64,000 bases of DNA from the human T2T-CHM13v2.0 reference genome, Homo sapiens: assembly GCF_009914755.1 (NCBI RefSeq), contig NC_060937.1, one strand, 5' to 3'. How positions within the stretch are numbered: position 1 is the first letter of the stretch; every line of letters starts with the position of its first letter. The notes below the pieces were generated by a model. It was not told the DNA's origin and searched no databases. It was given only the letters and a program-made list of their open reading frames with translations. Below, in pieces: positions 25,236-43,010 of the stretch. The position numbers and the translations under genes are program-made.

Positions 25236-26640
25236 TATTCTTCAATTTCTAATATTTCAAAAGAAATACAGACCTGCACTGAAGAATAATTGACTTCCTC
25301 ATGCTTCAAAGCTTCATTAAATAATAACAAATAGTTGATTCCTTTTTCAGTTGGGAAAGCAAATTCAGTCAGTCTCTTAGAATATTACTATAAATTGTTT
25401 CTGAATTAAAACTCATCCCAAACAAATGAGGAGATACTTTTCTGTGATTTATGCTATAGTTTGGAAAAAGGATACTGTTGTGCCAGGAGTTGAAAACTGT
25501 ACTGAGAAAGTCTATTCATGCTGACTGCAAATATTACCAGTGGGAGGAAAATCGAGTGTGTCCAATTTCATCACTGATAAATCTAGAATGATAACAGATC
25601 TGCGTTGAGGGCAAGGTCTAGGAATGCTCTTCTTATACACAGAATGTTTTTGCTTAATTTCATGCTCTACAGTTTAAAGGTCATTTCTTATAAAATTATA
25701 ATAACTGATGAGGCAGCCAGTGTCCCGCCCTAGAGATTTCTATCTTATTTTATAAGATAAAACTAAGGTTTCCTTTCAAGTTAAATAAGGATTATAATCT
25801 TTGTGCAAGGGGAAAAAAAAGAGTATTCTTACTAGATCACCTTGGTAAGATTTGTGATTGTTTATCCTACAAAATATTTAAGTTTTGAAATTATTTCCTT
25901 TTTCCTCCAGGAGAGTATAAAGTTTTCCCTTGTGATTATTTGTTTTTCTTCAAAGCATATTAGCCCATATTTATCACAGCCATGGTCTCCATGTCAACGA
26001 GAGAAGATGCCATGTATCTCTTAATTTAGCAGCACTTTTTGTTCGGGTTTCCAGATAAAGCACAATACAAGTTTTAAATATAAAGAGAACAGGCTGTTTC
26101 TCACAAAGCACACTGGTGTTCATAGGATGCGAAACTGGGCCCCCGTGGTGTTTGATAAGAAAGGAGTTCCTAGCATAAAGATATTTTTAGCACATCTAAT
26201 AAAACATCAGTTCCATCTGCATTTCCTTAACATGTTGTGCTAAATTCTCCCTCCAACATTCCAGGATTAGTTTGTTACCCAAAGTGACAGGGAAAAGTCA
26301 CTTTAGATTTTTCTGTCACCATAGGAAAAAATGAAAAGCTGTTATTATATTAACATATGTTTCTCTTTCTTTATCAAATACACAACAGCATTTGGGTCTC
26401 TACTAAAAATTATCATACACTTTAAATGATGAACTGAGCCTCTTGAACCTTTTTATTTATTTTGGGACTATAACATCAATATGTTTAAATCAAATATTTA
26501 TTTCTGTGTCTGTTTCAGACATGACTCCTAATAACTGAAAAAATAGAAGTTTATGTTTACTTCTCTACATCTCTTTCCCTAAACAATTAACTAACAATTA
26601 GCTGTTGACTTCTTCATTCACTGAGATCTTAGTTAAAAGA

Positions 26641-26647
26641 GTATATA

Positions 26648-26678
<31 letters not shown>

Positions 26679-26752
26679 ACACGTACACACATATATATAC
26701 TATTATATACTATATATAATAGTGTATATATATATACACACACATACATGCA
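26641..26752. repeat. Mixed (TG)/(TA)/(CA) low-complexity repeat
   Basis: Read directly. Confidence 0.85.
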
Positions 26753-28505
26753 CAGAGAGAGAACAATAAAACATAATGAAAAGTGATATTTCAAAAGATC
26801 TGTTAAGTGAAATCTTAGTCAAAATATAAGCTAGTTGCCAATATATAGAAAGGTTTATTATGCTATAATTGGTTTTGTACATGATTTGTAATATCTCTCC
26901 CTCTTCCATGCATGTAATTTTGATTTAATACCAGGTTGATAATTACCTGGCCAAAATTAGATTTCTTATTCATGTAAAGGTAGATATCAAATTTACATAT
27001 CAGTAATGCAAATGGGAAAAAATTATTTGGGGTAATTTATTTTGATTGGAACTATTTGTATCACTGCTCAATAAATCTATTATTTGATTTTATTTCTAAG
27101 GCATTATTAAAGAGATTTGTCAGAAAAAATACATTTATATATGTGTTTATATATGTATACACATATACACATATAATAAAATAGAAGTTGGAGATATATA
27201 TGCATGTGTATATGATTGTTTGTGTGGTGGTACATAGGACTACATTACAGAATGTTTTTCTAAAGTTAGGAATTTAAAGGGTGAATATCATACTAGGCCA
27301 CATCTTTTGAGCTGTAAAAAAAAAATCACTAAATTTTACAGATTTGAGGTTTTAAGCTTAAAATTTTAGTTGCATTTTTAAAAACTTGAAAGCAGTTGAC
27401 AAACTGGTTTCAAAAAGAAGAATTAATATTGCAAACATGAAATTACTCATAAAGCTAAATCTAGACAAGATAGAAATAAATTTTTGAACATTTAAAATCC
27501 AAGTTTATTTTTAAAGCACATATGTTTTACATTAGAAGGTGTAGCCGTACCAATCATCTCTTCCTCTAAAATATTCAGAGTACATTTTTAGAACATTGTA
27601 GCAACACTTAAATGCCAGTGGTTCATTATTTTAAAAGTGTTGCCCCTTTTAACAAATGCATGATTAATATTGAAGTATAGCCTTTATTCTCTTTTTAAGG
27701 CTTCAGACATAAAGTCTATTTTATGGTTTATAAACTAATGGGAGACATAGTGACTTCTTTCATTGCTAGGAAGATTTTAAATGTTCTTTTTGGGAGGCAT
27801 AGGGATTAATTTTTTTTTTCCTGCTTGAGAAATGTTACCTTCTGAGAAAAAAGCAAGGCACTTTTTCTACTGTTGTGATTCCTTAAAATAGTTTTCTTCC
27901 CTTTTGTTTTGTTTATAATACCCTTCCCAACTCCCTTGGTCATCTGAGCATGGCTGATCACTTCACGTCTCTTTTTTTGATTCATGAATACAGAATTCTA
28001 ACTTTATATTAAAATGAAGAACATATTTAGTTCTCAAGAATAAGCTCATCCTGGGAATATATTGCATGTTGGCAGATGTATTAAACCAGAAAAAGAACAT
28101 AGGAGGGATGTGGCCCTCCTTGTGAGCAACACTCTCATGGTTGAGTCCTTACCGAGGGTTAGGAAAACATCCTGGTATATACATTTGAAGCTTATTGGTT
28201 TCCTGAGCTAAGATTAGGGATTAGGACAAGAGGTGTGGCTGGAATCTCTTCCTGAAGATTGTGATTCTGGGACTCGGAGGAGTCAAGACCAAGGTTCCCA
28301 CAGCAGAGCCAGAAAAATAAATAAATAATTAGGCCTACACCTCTGACATTTGACCACCCCCTTGGGTATTGTGTTTTGGTCCTAATATATTTTGTTTTCC
28401 TAGTTTAGGCTGGAACTGTGTAGAGCATTGAGCAAATACTTTGTTCTTACCAAATACATATATATTTTTGGACTGTACAAATACTAAATAAGAATAACCA
28501 TATAC

Positions 28506-28795
<290 letters not shown>

Positions 28796-29641
28796 ATGTA
28801 GTCCACCAAGGAGGTGTTGAGCCTCTCTCTTGCTAGACAACCTATCAGGCAATATTTTCTTATAAATTACTTCAATAATGATTACTCTTGAATCATTAAC
28901 TTTGTACATTTTTTCCAGATGAGGATTTGTGCTAAAGCTTCATTTAACTATTTTGGGGAGCTTGTTACCACAAAAGAGTCAGGACAGGCTCAAAATCAGC
29001 CAGAAGTTTACCTATTCAATTCAACAAAACAAAACAGGTACCTATGATATGCTAGGCTGGATAGCAGCTGCTGGAAGGTTTAGAAATGTATTGCCGTCTC
29101 TTATTTCTTTCTGTCTTGGATTTCGACTTATTTCAAAAATAAAAATAGCCACACTGTTGAAGACAATATGACGGAGACTTTGGAATCAGACAGATCTGTC
29201 CCAAGTCTGTGACTACCAGTCATGCAACCTCAGACCATCATCCAGTCAGAGCCTGGGCTCCTGTAAATGAGTGTGGTCACCACTCACTCACATGCTGCAG
29301 GGTTGGACACATGCCAACATACAGTAGGGGACATGGGCTAAACATCCGAAAAATGGAAAATGCTCTTATTCTCAAGGCCAGGCCAATGTCTACATTCCAA
29401 AATAGTAGCATTTTAACCTATCTATACATTTTGAATTGTGAAAGAATTCATTGCTTCTTAAAAATATAGTTGACATTCTAAGCAGAGCTGAGTGTTGACT
29501 AAAATAAACTGGGCTAGTAGTTATCATAGAAATGTTGATAAGATTACCTGGTATTCATTATACTTAAAAGCAAGACTGGTCCTAGGTAGAAGTGACAAGC
29601 TACTTCAGTCTGTTTTTCCCACCTTCGTACCTCCCATTCAT

Positions 29642-31090
<1,449 letters not shown>

Positions 31091-31399
31091 AAATACAAGA
31101 ATCTTCCAGCTCCCATGTGATCCCTATGGCAAGTGCAAACTGATTCCCTTCCCTTCACCTCCTCACTTCACCTCAGTAGCACTGAGCTCTGCCACTATAT
31201 AGCTCTGTGACTTTGAACAATGCATCGGTTTATTTATCCACAAAATATAACGAACAATACCTGCCCTGCCTTTCTTGCAGGATTATTGTAATGATCAGTC
31301 AAAATGGTGCGTTGGAAATCATTTTACATAGTAAATATTTATATCACACTGTTAGGAATAGTATTCTTGTTTTCTACCTCATCTTGACGTGAATGAGAC

Positions 31400-31600
31400 A
31401 TAGTTCAAATCTTGAATCCTCCACGTATTAGTCATGTGAACATTAGGTTACTTATTTAGACTCTCAGAACCACTACATTCTCATTTGTGAAATGGAGACA
31501 TGAACCTCCATGCAGCCTGATGTAAGGACTAGATGGAGAAAACGTTGATAGAAGTACCAAAGACTGTGCCTACTGCCAACTTGCATGCCATAATGTTAGT
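31400..31600 (+). mobile_element. MIR SINE (a second MIR fragment lies at ~31180-31330)
   Basis: 'gttcaaatcttgaatcctccacgtattagtcatgtgaacattagg...ttctcatttgtgaaatggaga'. Confidence 0.65.
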
Positions 31601-31721
31601 TTTTTCTTTGTGTTCTAATTGGTTCAATGTTTTTTGTCTTTACCAGTCTTTCTTAATCTTACCTGTAGGATTTTATTTCTATTTTTTTGGACAAACTTTG
31701 TATTTTCTAGGGAGATTGATG

Positions 31722-32179
31722 AGTGAGTGCATTTTCTGTGGCTGCTATAACAAATTACCACAAACTTAATGGCTTAAAACAATGCAAATGTATTTTCTTA
31801 CAGTTTTGAAAGTCAGAAGTTCAAAATCAGTCTCACTGGGCTAACATCAAGGTGTCTGTTTCTTCTGGAGGCTCAGGGGAAACCCATTTCCTTGCCTTTT
31901 CTAGCTTCTAGGGGCTGCCTGCATTCCTCAGCTAGTGGCCCCTTCCTCACCATACTCCAATCTTAAGCTTTTGTCATCACATCTACTACTCACTCTGATC
32001 TCCTGTTCCCTTTTAAAGGATTCTTGTGATTACATTATTAGGATCATCTGGATAACCCAGGCTACTCTACCCATCTCATGATCCTTAAGCACATCTATAA
32101 AGTCTATTTTGCTATATAAGGTAAAATTCACAGGTTGTGGAATTAGGATATGGGCATCTTTTGGGTTCAGTATACCACA
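31722..32179 (-). mobile_element. MaLR solo LTR (MLT1C/D-like)
   Basis: 'ggctgctataacaaattaccacaaacttaatggcttaaaacaa...tttccttgccttttctagcttctaggggctgcctgcattcct...cagtataccaca'. Confidence 0.88.
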
Positions 32180-32469
32180 GTCAGTTGCCTGAAATTCCCA
32201 CAGACTTCTTATGGTCATGGTTACCTTTTACCCTTTACCAATTTACATTCTCCTTCCTCAAATTTTTCCTTTTTTATTTGGTCTAAATTCTACTCAATCA
32301 CTTTGAGGCATACCATTAAGTCTGTAGATCTCCATCTGTTGAAGTTGGAGTATAGATCAATGCTTAGTTATGCACTTTTTTCCCAATGTTTACTATTTCT
32401 TACTAAATTTCAGCTTCTCTCATTCAGGAACATATCTTTTTGTTTATTTTTAAGTTACACAATATACTT

Positions 32470-33290
32470 TCATTTATACATTCATTCACCAACGTGTTCT
32501 CAAGCATCTGCTAAAAGCCAAGCCTTATATTCAGTGCAGGAGATACAAAGCTGAGTGAGCATAGCACAGTCCTCATCTTTTGAGAACTCATCAAGTGGTG
32601 GAAGTGTGGTAGAGACAGTAAAGCTCATATTCCCTCAAATTTCCCAGCTTCCTTACCAGTAGGGAGGCTAATATGATATGATATGGTCATGAAATGTGGG
32701 CAATATTGATATTGTGCCTTCTCTGGGATGAAGCAGTGAAACACTTACATGTAGTTCTTTGGTTGCTCTTTGCCACTGGGAGCAGCTACAAGATGATGGA
32801 ACTTCCAACAGCCTGAGGTTCTGAGAGACCACGTGCAACAAAGCCTCTTGCAAATTCATGTGGGACATGGAAACGTGAAAGAAGAAAAGCTTTGTTGTGG
32901 CAAGTCACATGAAATTTAGGAGTTATTTATTACCCCCTAGTCAATCCTACCCAATACCGAAAAGGAAATCTGTGATCCTGTATCATAGGCATAGCATGAT
33001 AGCATATACTAATATTTGGAGGTAGAAAACTGTTCCAAATGAGAACAGAGGGAGTACTTGAGTTGATTCTTAAAGGACAACAAGAAGGTTTGAGATGGAT
33101 GAGGTGTGAGAACAAGCATTTTCCCAAAGAGCAAATAGCACATACAAAGACTTGGAAGCCTAGACAGAATTCAGATGGCAGGGAAAGGGTATAATTTCTG
33201 TGGGGGTAGGGGGGAGACTGAGGCCAGAGCTAGAGGTGAGAGGGCATTGGATGCCATTCTAAGACATTTTATTTTCATTCTGTAAGCTAG
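32470..33290 (-). mobile_element. L2 fragment with a nested old MLT1 LTR (~32605-32960)
   Basis: 'cattcattcaccaacg' L2 tail and 'gagttgattcttaaaggac..gcaaatagcacatacaaagacttggaag'. MLT1-like 'ttcccagcttccttaccagtaggg...aagctttgttgtggcaagtcac'. Confidence 0.6.
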
Positions 33291-33689
33291 AGTTTCTTAA
33301 AAATTTTTTTAAAAATTTGTTCATTTATTTCTGTTTAAAATAGTAATACAACTATATTATGTAAAGTTAGAAAGACATAGGAAAGCAAATGAAGAAAATA
33401 AAATCATCACTAATACTATCACATTGAGAAATAACTGTTAATGCTGCTTTCATATTTTCTTCTAGATATTGCTCTGTGCATGTACAGATTTGATTGTGTC
33501 TCCTTAAAATTGGGATTATGTTGTATGAGAATTATTTTGTCTGTTTAACCTTTCCAATTAAAAGTCTTCAAAAAGAATTCTCAGTTTGGGCGGATAAAAT
33601 TTCAGTGACTAAAAGATAACTCATAATTCATTTAGCTATTTGGCATTTAGGAAATATCCATTGTTATGGAGATTATCCATCTAAGCAGA

Positions 33690-34360
33690 CTTTAAAATAA
33701 TCAGTTTAATTGTGGAATAATGTATATAGAAGAAATGTTATCTATTTTAAGTGTAAATTTGAGGGGTTTTGACAAATGTGCTGTCATGTAACTACCACCA
33801 TCATCCAGATTAGAGCATTTCTATCGCCACAAAAAAGTGTCCTTGTATCCCTCTGCAGTCAATTCCTTTTAGCCCTTCCCAGCCTCTGGAAAACCCTGAC
33901 ATGCATTCAGTCAGCAGAGCACTTATTGGCTTCAATTTCAGATAAATGAATTCGTGTCTGGGCTTTTTCACTTGGCATAATATTTTGGAAATTCATCCTT
34001 GTTGTTTATCTATTAATTATTTGAAGAAAGGTCAACTTGCCTCTAGTTTTTGGCTAATAAATATGTTATGAACATTCAGGTACAAGTTTTTGTGTGGCTG
34101 TATCTTTACATTTATCTTGTGTACCTAGGCAGGTTGATTCCTCAGTGTTTTAAGTGTAGCTATAACTCCATAAGAAACAACCAGACTGTTCCCACCAACA
34201 GTGTGTGAGACTTCCTCATGTTTTATAACCTCACCAAATCTTGTTATTCATGATCTTTTTAATTTTGACGATTTTTGATTATGTTGTTTCTTCTCATTGA
34301 CGTGTTAAAGGTTTTTATATATTAGATACAAATACTTTATTATGTATATGTTTGTACATA
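33690..34360 (-). mobile_element. Old L1 (L1MC/ME-like) 3' fragment
   Basis: 'tttgacaaatgtgctgtcatgtaactaccaccatcatccagattagagcatttctatc', 'gttatgaacattcaggtacaagtttttgtgtgg', 'cccaccaacagtgtgtgag'. Confidence 0.75.
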
Positions 34361-35343
34361 ATTATTTTATATATGTTTACAATTATTTTATATTTTTAAT
34401 ATATTTAATTTATATTTATAATTTTTTATATATGTGCTTACATATATATAATATACATATATAAAAATTATTTTATATATATATTTTATATATTACTAAA
34501 TCCAAGAACAAGGAGTGCTGATGTCCCATATAATTATATATAAACATATACATAATAAAGCACTACAGAATTCTTGTTACATATATAGAACAATATATTT
34601 ATATAAACATATATATATATTGCTCTGTGCATGTGCAGATTTGATTGTTTTTCCTTAAAATTGGGGTTATGTTGTATGAGAATTACTTAACTGCTTAGGA
34701 AAACCATTAACAAGCATAAATTCTAACTATTTGTCACCTAAAGCATACAACTTACATCACCTATTTGAGAAGCAACTCATTGTCAAGTAAAATGTCATGA
34801 GTTAATGTGATTTCTATTTCATGACTTGCATGTGATCCACTATCTGCTGTCTCTTCCCAATGCAAATTAATTTTCATGGCATATCTTCCCCATTTTGCAA
34901 ATTTGTGGGCCTCTTGTACCTTCCTCTATTACAAGTGTTCTGGGGAATGAATGCCTAACTCATGACATGCTTAATATGACACATATACATTTAATTTTGT
35001 AAGTGCCATGTAATACATACTTTTTAATTTGATTAAACTCTGCCAAGCCATTTTTGTATACTGGAGTGATAGATAACTACAAAGACAAAAAGCACTATTT
35101 TATTCACATAAATCTTCTTTTCTTCCTGTTTCCAAACTTGTTGATAATTATCTTCCCCTACTTTGCCTTACTATCCCTTTTTTCTTTTGTGACTTCTTGC
35201 ATTAAATACTTATTAACTTCTTTTCAGTTTTAATCATGAAAATATATAAAATTATACATTTAATTAGTTTTTAGTTTTATTTTGCATTGTGGTGAAAGAA
35301 GACATCATATTTTCTTGTTCGTGATGTTAAAGTAGCAGTTTCT

Positions 35344-39417
<4,074 letters not shown>

Positions 39418-39542
39418 AAAGAAGCAGTTCCTTGATGGTTTTATTGTGAACTTAATAAATATAATGTTTGACCATATTCAAATGATACTCAAAAAACAGT
39501 GAATTCTAAATATTTGTAAGACCCAATTTTCCACATAGGTAT

Positions 39543-39962
39543 GTCTATTAATCAGAGTTCTCAAGAAAAACAGAATCATTAGAATACATATAAATATATG
39601 TAGAAGAGATGACTTATTGTAAGAATTGGGTAATGTGGTTATGAAAGCTGGGAGGTCCCACAGACTTCTGTCTGTACGCTGTAGAACCAGGAAAGCCAAT
39701 CATGTAATTCAGTCATATTCTGAAGGTCTGAGACTAGGGGGTGAGGAGAAGGGAGGCAATGGTGGTGTAAACCTGTACCAAGTCGAAGAACCAGTAGTGT
39801 TGATGTCATAGAGCAGGAGAAGATAAATGTCCCAGCTCAGACAGAGACTGTAAATTTGCCATTTCTCCACTGTTCGTTCTACTGAGGCCCTCAAAAGATT
39901 TAGTGGTGTCTGTGCATATTGGGGAGGGTCATTTGTTTTACTGAGTTCACCAATTCAAATGC
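39543..39962 (-). mobile_element. ERVL LTR MLT2 (C/D-like), cut at the duplication junction
   Basis: 'tattaatcagagttctcaagaaaaacagaatca...tctgaaggtctgagac...gagcaggagaagataaatgtcccagctca...ttcaccaattcaaatgc', then an abrupt switch to block U. Confidence 0.85.
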
Positions 39963-40103
39963 AGCTTCCTTTCATCATTCACACACTTACTGCCCAAAAG
40001 CTTCTTTCTCTGCCTTGACATTGTTAGGTGGCCTATTTCAGTAAAAAGCAAAGTCTCTCTGAGGTGTTGGCTGGTACTGTTTAAACCCCTGTTAGCTCAT
40101 TAG

Positions 40104-40463
<360 letters not shown>

Positions 40464-40898
40464 ACATAGGAGTTTTAAACTCAGGAGAATTGTGCTATCT
40501 TGTGAGGCAGACTGTCTTCTCTGAAGCTACTCTCTCTCTCTCAGAAGGCTTATCAATTCTTATGACATTAACTTGCATTTTTATTGTTATTATCCTTAAA
40601 AATATAGGTCAAAGCTGTCTGTCTCTTTCTCCCAACTTTTGGTCCTACAATTTCTTAATGGACGTTTCAGTTCAACAGATATTTGCGAGGCATCTCTTAT
40701 TACATGTGAGACGAGGATCAATACTTCAAAAGTATTTAAAATAGACACCATGTTTATGTACCTGCCAAGAAATCTTTTTGTTCTCTTTTCCATAATCAAT
40801 TTGTACTATGATTTGTCACCAAGTCCTATCAATTCTTCTTTTAAAGAATTGCCATCACCTTACACTTAGAAGATACATTAACTAGTTATCCTAAAAAC

Positions 40899-41419
40899 AA
40901 GGATTATAAATCATTCTACTATAAAGACACATGCACACACACATCTTTACTGCAGCACTATTCACAATAGCAAAGACATGGAAACAACCCAAATGCCCAT
41001 CAATGATAGACTGGATGAAGAAAATGTGGCACATATACACCAAGGAATACTATGCAGCCATAAAAAAGAATGAGTTCGTGTCTTTTGCAGAGACATGGAT
41101 AAAGCTGGAAACCATCATTCTCAGCAAACTAACACAGGAGCAGAAAACCAAACACCACATGTTCTCACTCATAAGTGGGAGTTGAACAGTGAGAACATAT
41201 GGACACAGGGAAGGGAACATCACACACTGGGGCCTGTAGGGGGTTGGGGGGCAAGGGGAGGGAGAGTATTAGGACAAATAGTTAATGCATGTGGGGCTTA
41301 AAATCTAGATGATGGGTTGATAGGTGCAGCAACCACCATGGCACATGTGTACCTATGTAACAAATCTGCACCTTCTCTACATGTATCCCCGAACTTAAAG
41401 TAATATAAAAAAAATTTAA
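40899..41419 (+). mobile_element. Chimeric L1 3' fragment (5' part from L1a, 3' part from L1b)
   Basis: The 5' junction and the variant 'cacatgcacacacacatcttta' match L1a. 'gcagcaaccacc', 'ccttctc', the tail and the flank match L1b. Confidence 0.9.
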
Positions 41420-41544
41420 AAAGAAGCAGTTTCTTGATGGTTTTATTGTGAACTTAATAAATATAATGTTTGACAATATCGAAATCATACTCAAAAAATG
41501 GTGAATTCTAAATATTTGGAAGATCCAAATTTTCCACATAGGTA

Positions 41545-42006
41545 TGTATGTTAGAGTTCTCAAGAAAAACAGAATCATTAGAATACATATAAATATATGT
41601 AGAAGAGGCGACTTATTATAAGAATTGGGTAATGTGGTTATGAAAGCTGGGCGGTCTCACAGACTGCTGTCTGCAAGCTGTAGAACCAGGAAAGCCACTC
41701 ATGTGATTCAGTCATATTCTGAAGGTCTGAGACTAGGGGGTGAGGAGAAGGGAGGCAATGGTGGTGTAAACCTGTACTAAGTCCAATAACCAGGAGTGCT
41801 GATGTCATACAGCAGGAGAAGATAAATGTCTTAGCTCAGACAGAGTAAATTTGCCCTTTCTCCACTTTTTGTTTTACTCAGGCCCTCAAAAGATTTAGTG
41901 ATGCCTGCCCATATTGTGATTACCCTCACAGTTACAGCTGGAAATGCTGTTTTGCCAGCTATCTGGGCATCTCGTAGCACAGTCAAGTTGAAAACTAGCC
42001 ATCGCA
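41545..42006 (-). mobile_element. MLT2 LTR, second copy, with internal deletion but the terminal end retained
   Basis: Paralogous to 39543-39921. Ends with 'accctcacag...tatctgggcatc..cagtcaagttga..agccatcgca'. Confidence 0.85.
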
Positions 42007-42309
42007 TTATGTTTCTATTGATTAACAGAATTAAATATTAAATTAGAACATAAAAACTAAAGTAAGTACTAATTTAAATTCTCATTTTGTTATTCAAACA
42101 CTCTATTCAATTTCTGTATTTTAATAAACTTTGATTGAAACTTAAAATATGTAGAAAAAAGTATGTAAATAGTACACATTTGAAGAGTGATCACAAATAG
42201 AACACAACAGTGTGAACTTTTCCAGGTCAATCAATTGCCACCTATGTCTTTTCTATCCACTTGACCTGGTGGACACTAAGCATTGTATGCAGCTGTTGTT
42301 CCTAAATCA

Positions 42310-42425
42310 TTGTTCGAAATGGAGATTCCCAGCTCCCGTCCAGGAGCTGCTAATCAGAATCTTGGTGGTGGGTCTGGGAGCATCTGGGAAATTCTGGAAC
42401 GTCTTATCAAGTGATAGAATTTGGG
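42310..42425. mobile_element. MER5A-like hAT DNA transposon fragment
   Basis: 'tgttcgaaatggagattcccagctcccgtccagg..ctaatcagaatcttggtggtgggtctgggagcatctg'. Confidence 0.55.
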
Positions 42426-42519
42426 AACAGATGTTTTTCTTCTTGAATTTTAACTGTTTTGAGTTGTCTTAATTATGCATTTTTTACTGAAGCTACAGTT
42501 CTTCAAATGATTTGTGGTA

Positions 42520-43010
42520 CTGCTACTGCTCTCTCCTAGTTTGAGACTTATGTTTTGCTACCACTAGAATGCAAATGCATCACACTGTCTCCAAAGTTAC
42601 CCTCCCAAAAGAGAGTTAAGTTCAATTAATTCCCTCCCTAAATATTGAATGCCAACTGGTGCCTTTAGATAAACCCTAAGTTCCTGAAGCTGTCATCCAA
42701 AGCATGTCATTATTTGGGCCCATTCTGCTTCCATGTATTCCTCCTTTCACCCCTTATTAACCTGTAATTTCTCAAATGCAGCTTCCTCAAACCCTCACTT
42801 ATCACCACAGGGGCCCATCCTATTTCTGATCACCCTTTGCTCAACCACATAATAAAGTTTGTCATTTCTCGACAACAACTCCTTATCTCATTGCTTATGT
42901 TAGTCATTCCACCTGGAATGCCCCTTCCCTCTTTTCTTTGTGTATCTCAATTCCACCCATCCTTAAAAGTTTCCCATGCAATACCATCTTTTCCATTCCC
43001 CAGTAAGAAA
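42520..43010 (+). mobile_element. L2 fragment
   Basis: 'gataaaccctaagttcctgaagctgtcatccaaagc' and 'ttgcttatgttagtcattccacctggaatgccccttccc..caattccacccatccttaaaag'. Confidence 0.55.

Noticed and set aside
42772-42787. Exact 16-mer tcaaatgcagcttcct shared with the duplication junction (39955-39970)
   Set aside because: The junction is already explained by MLT2 sequence joined to block U with about one unexplained base, and a chance 16-mer match in an AT-rich 64 kb window is plausible. Templating cannot be fully excluded.
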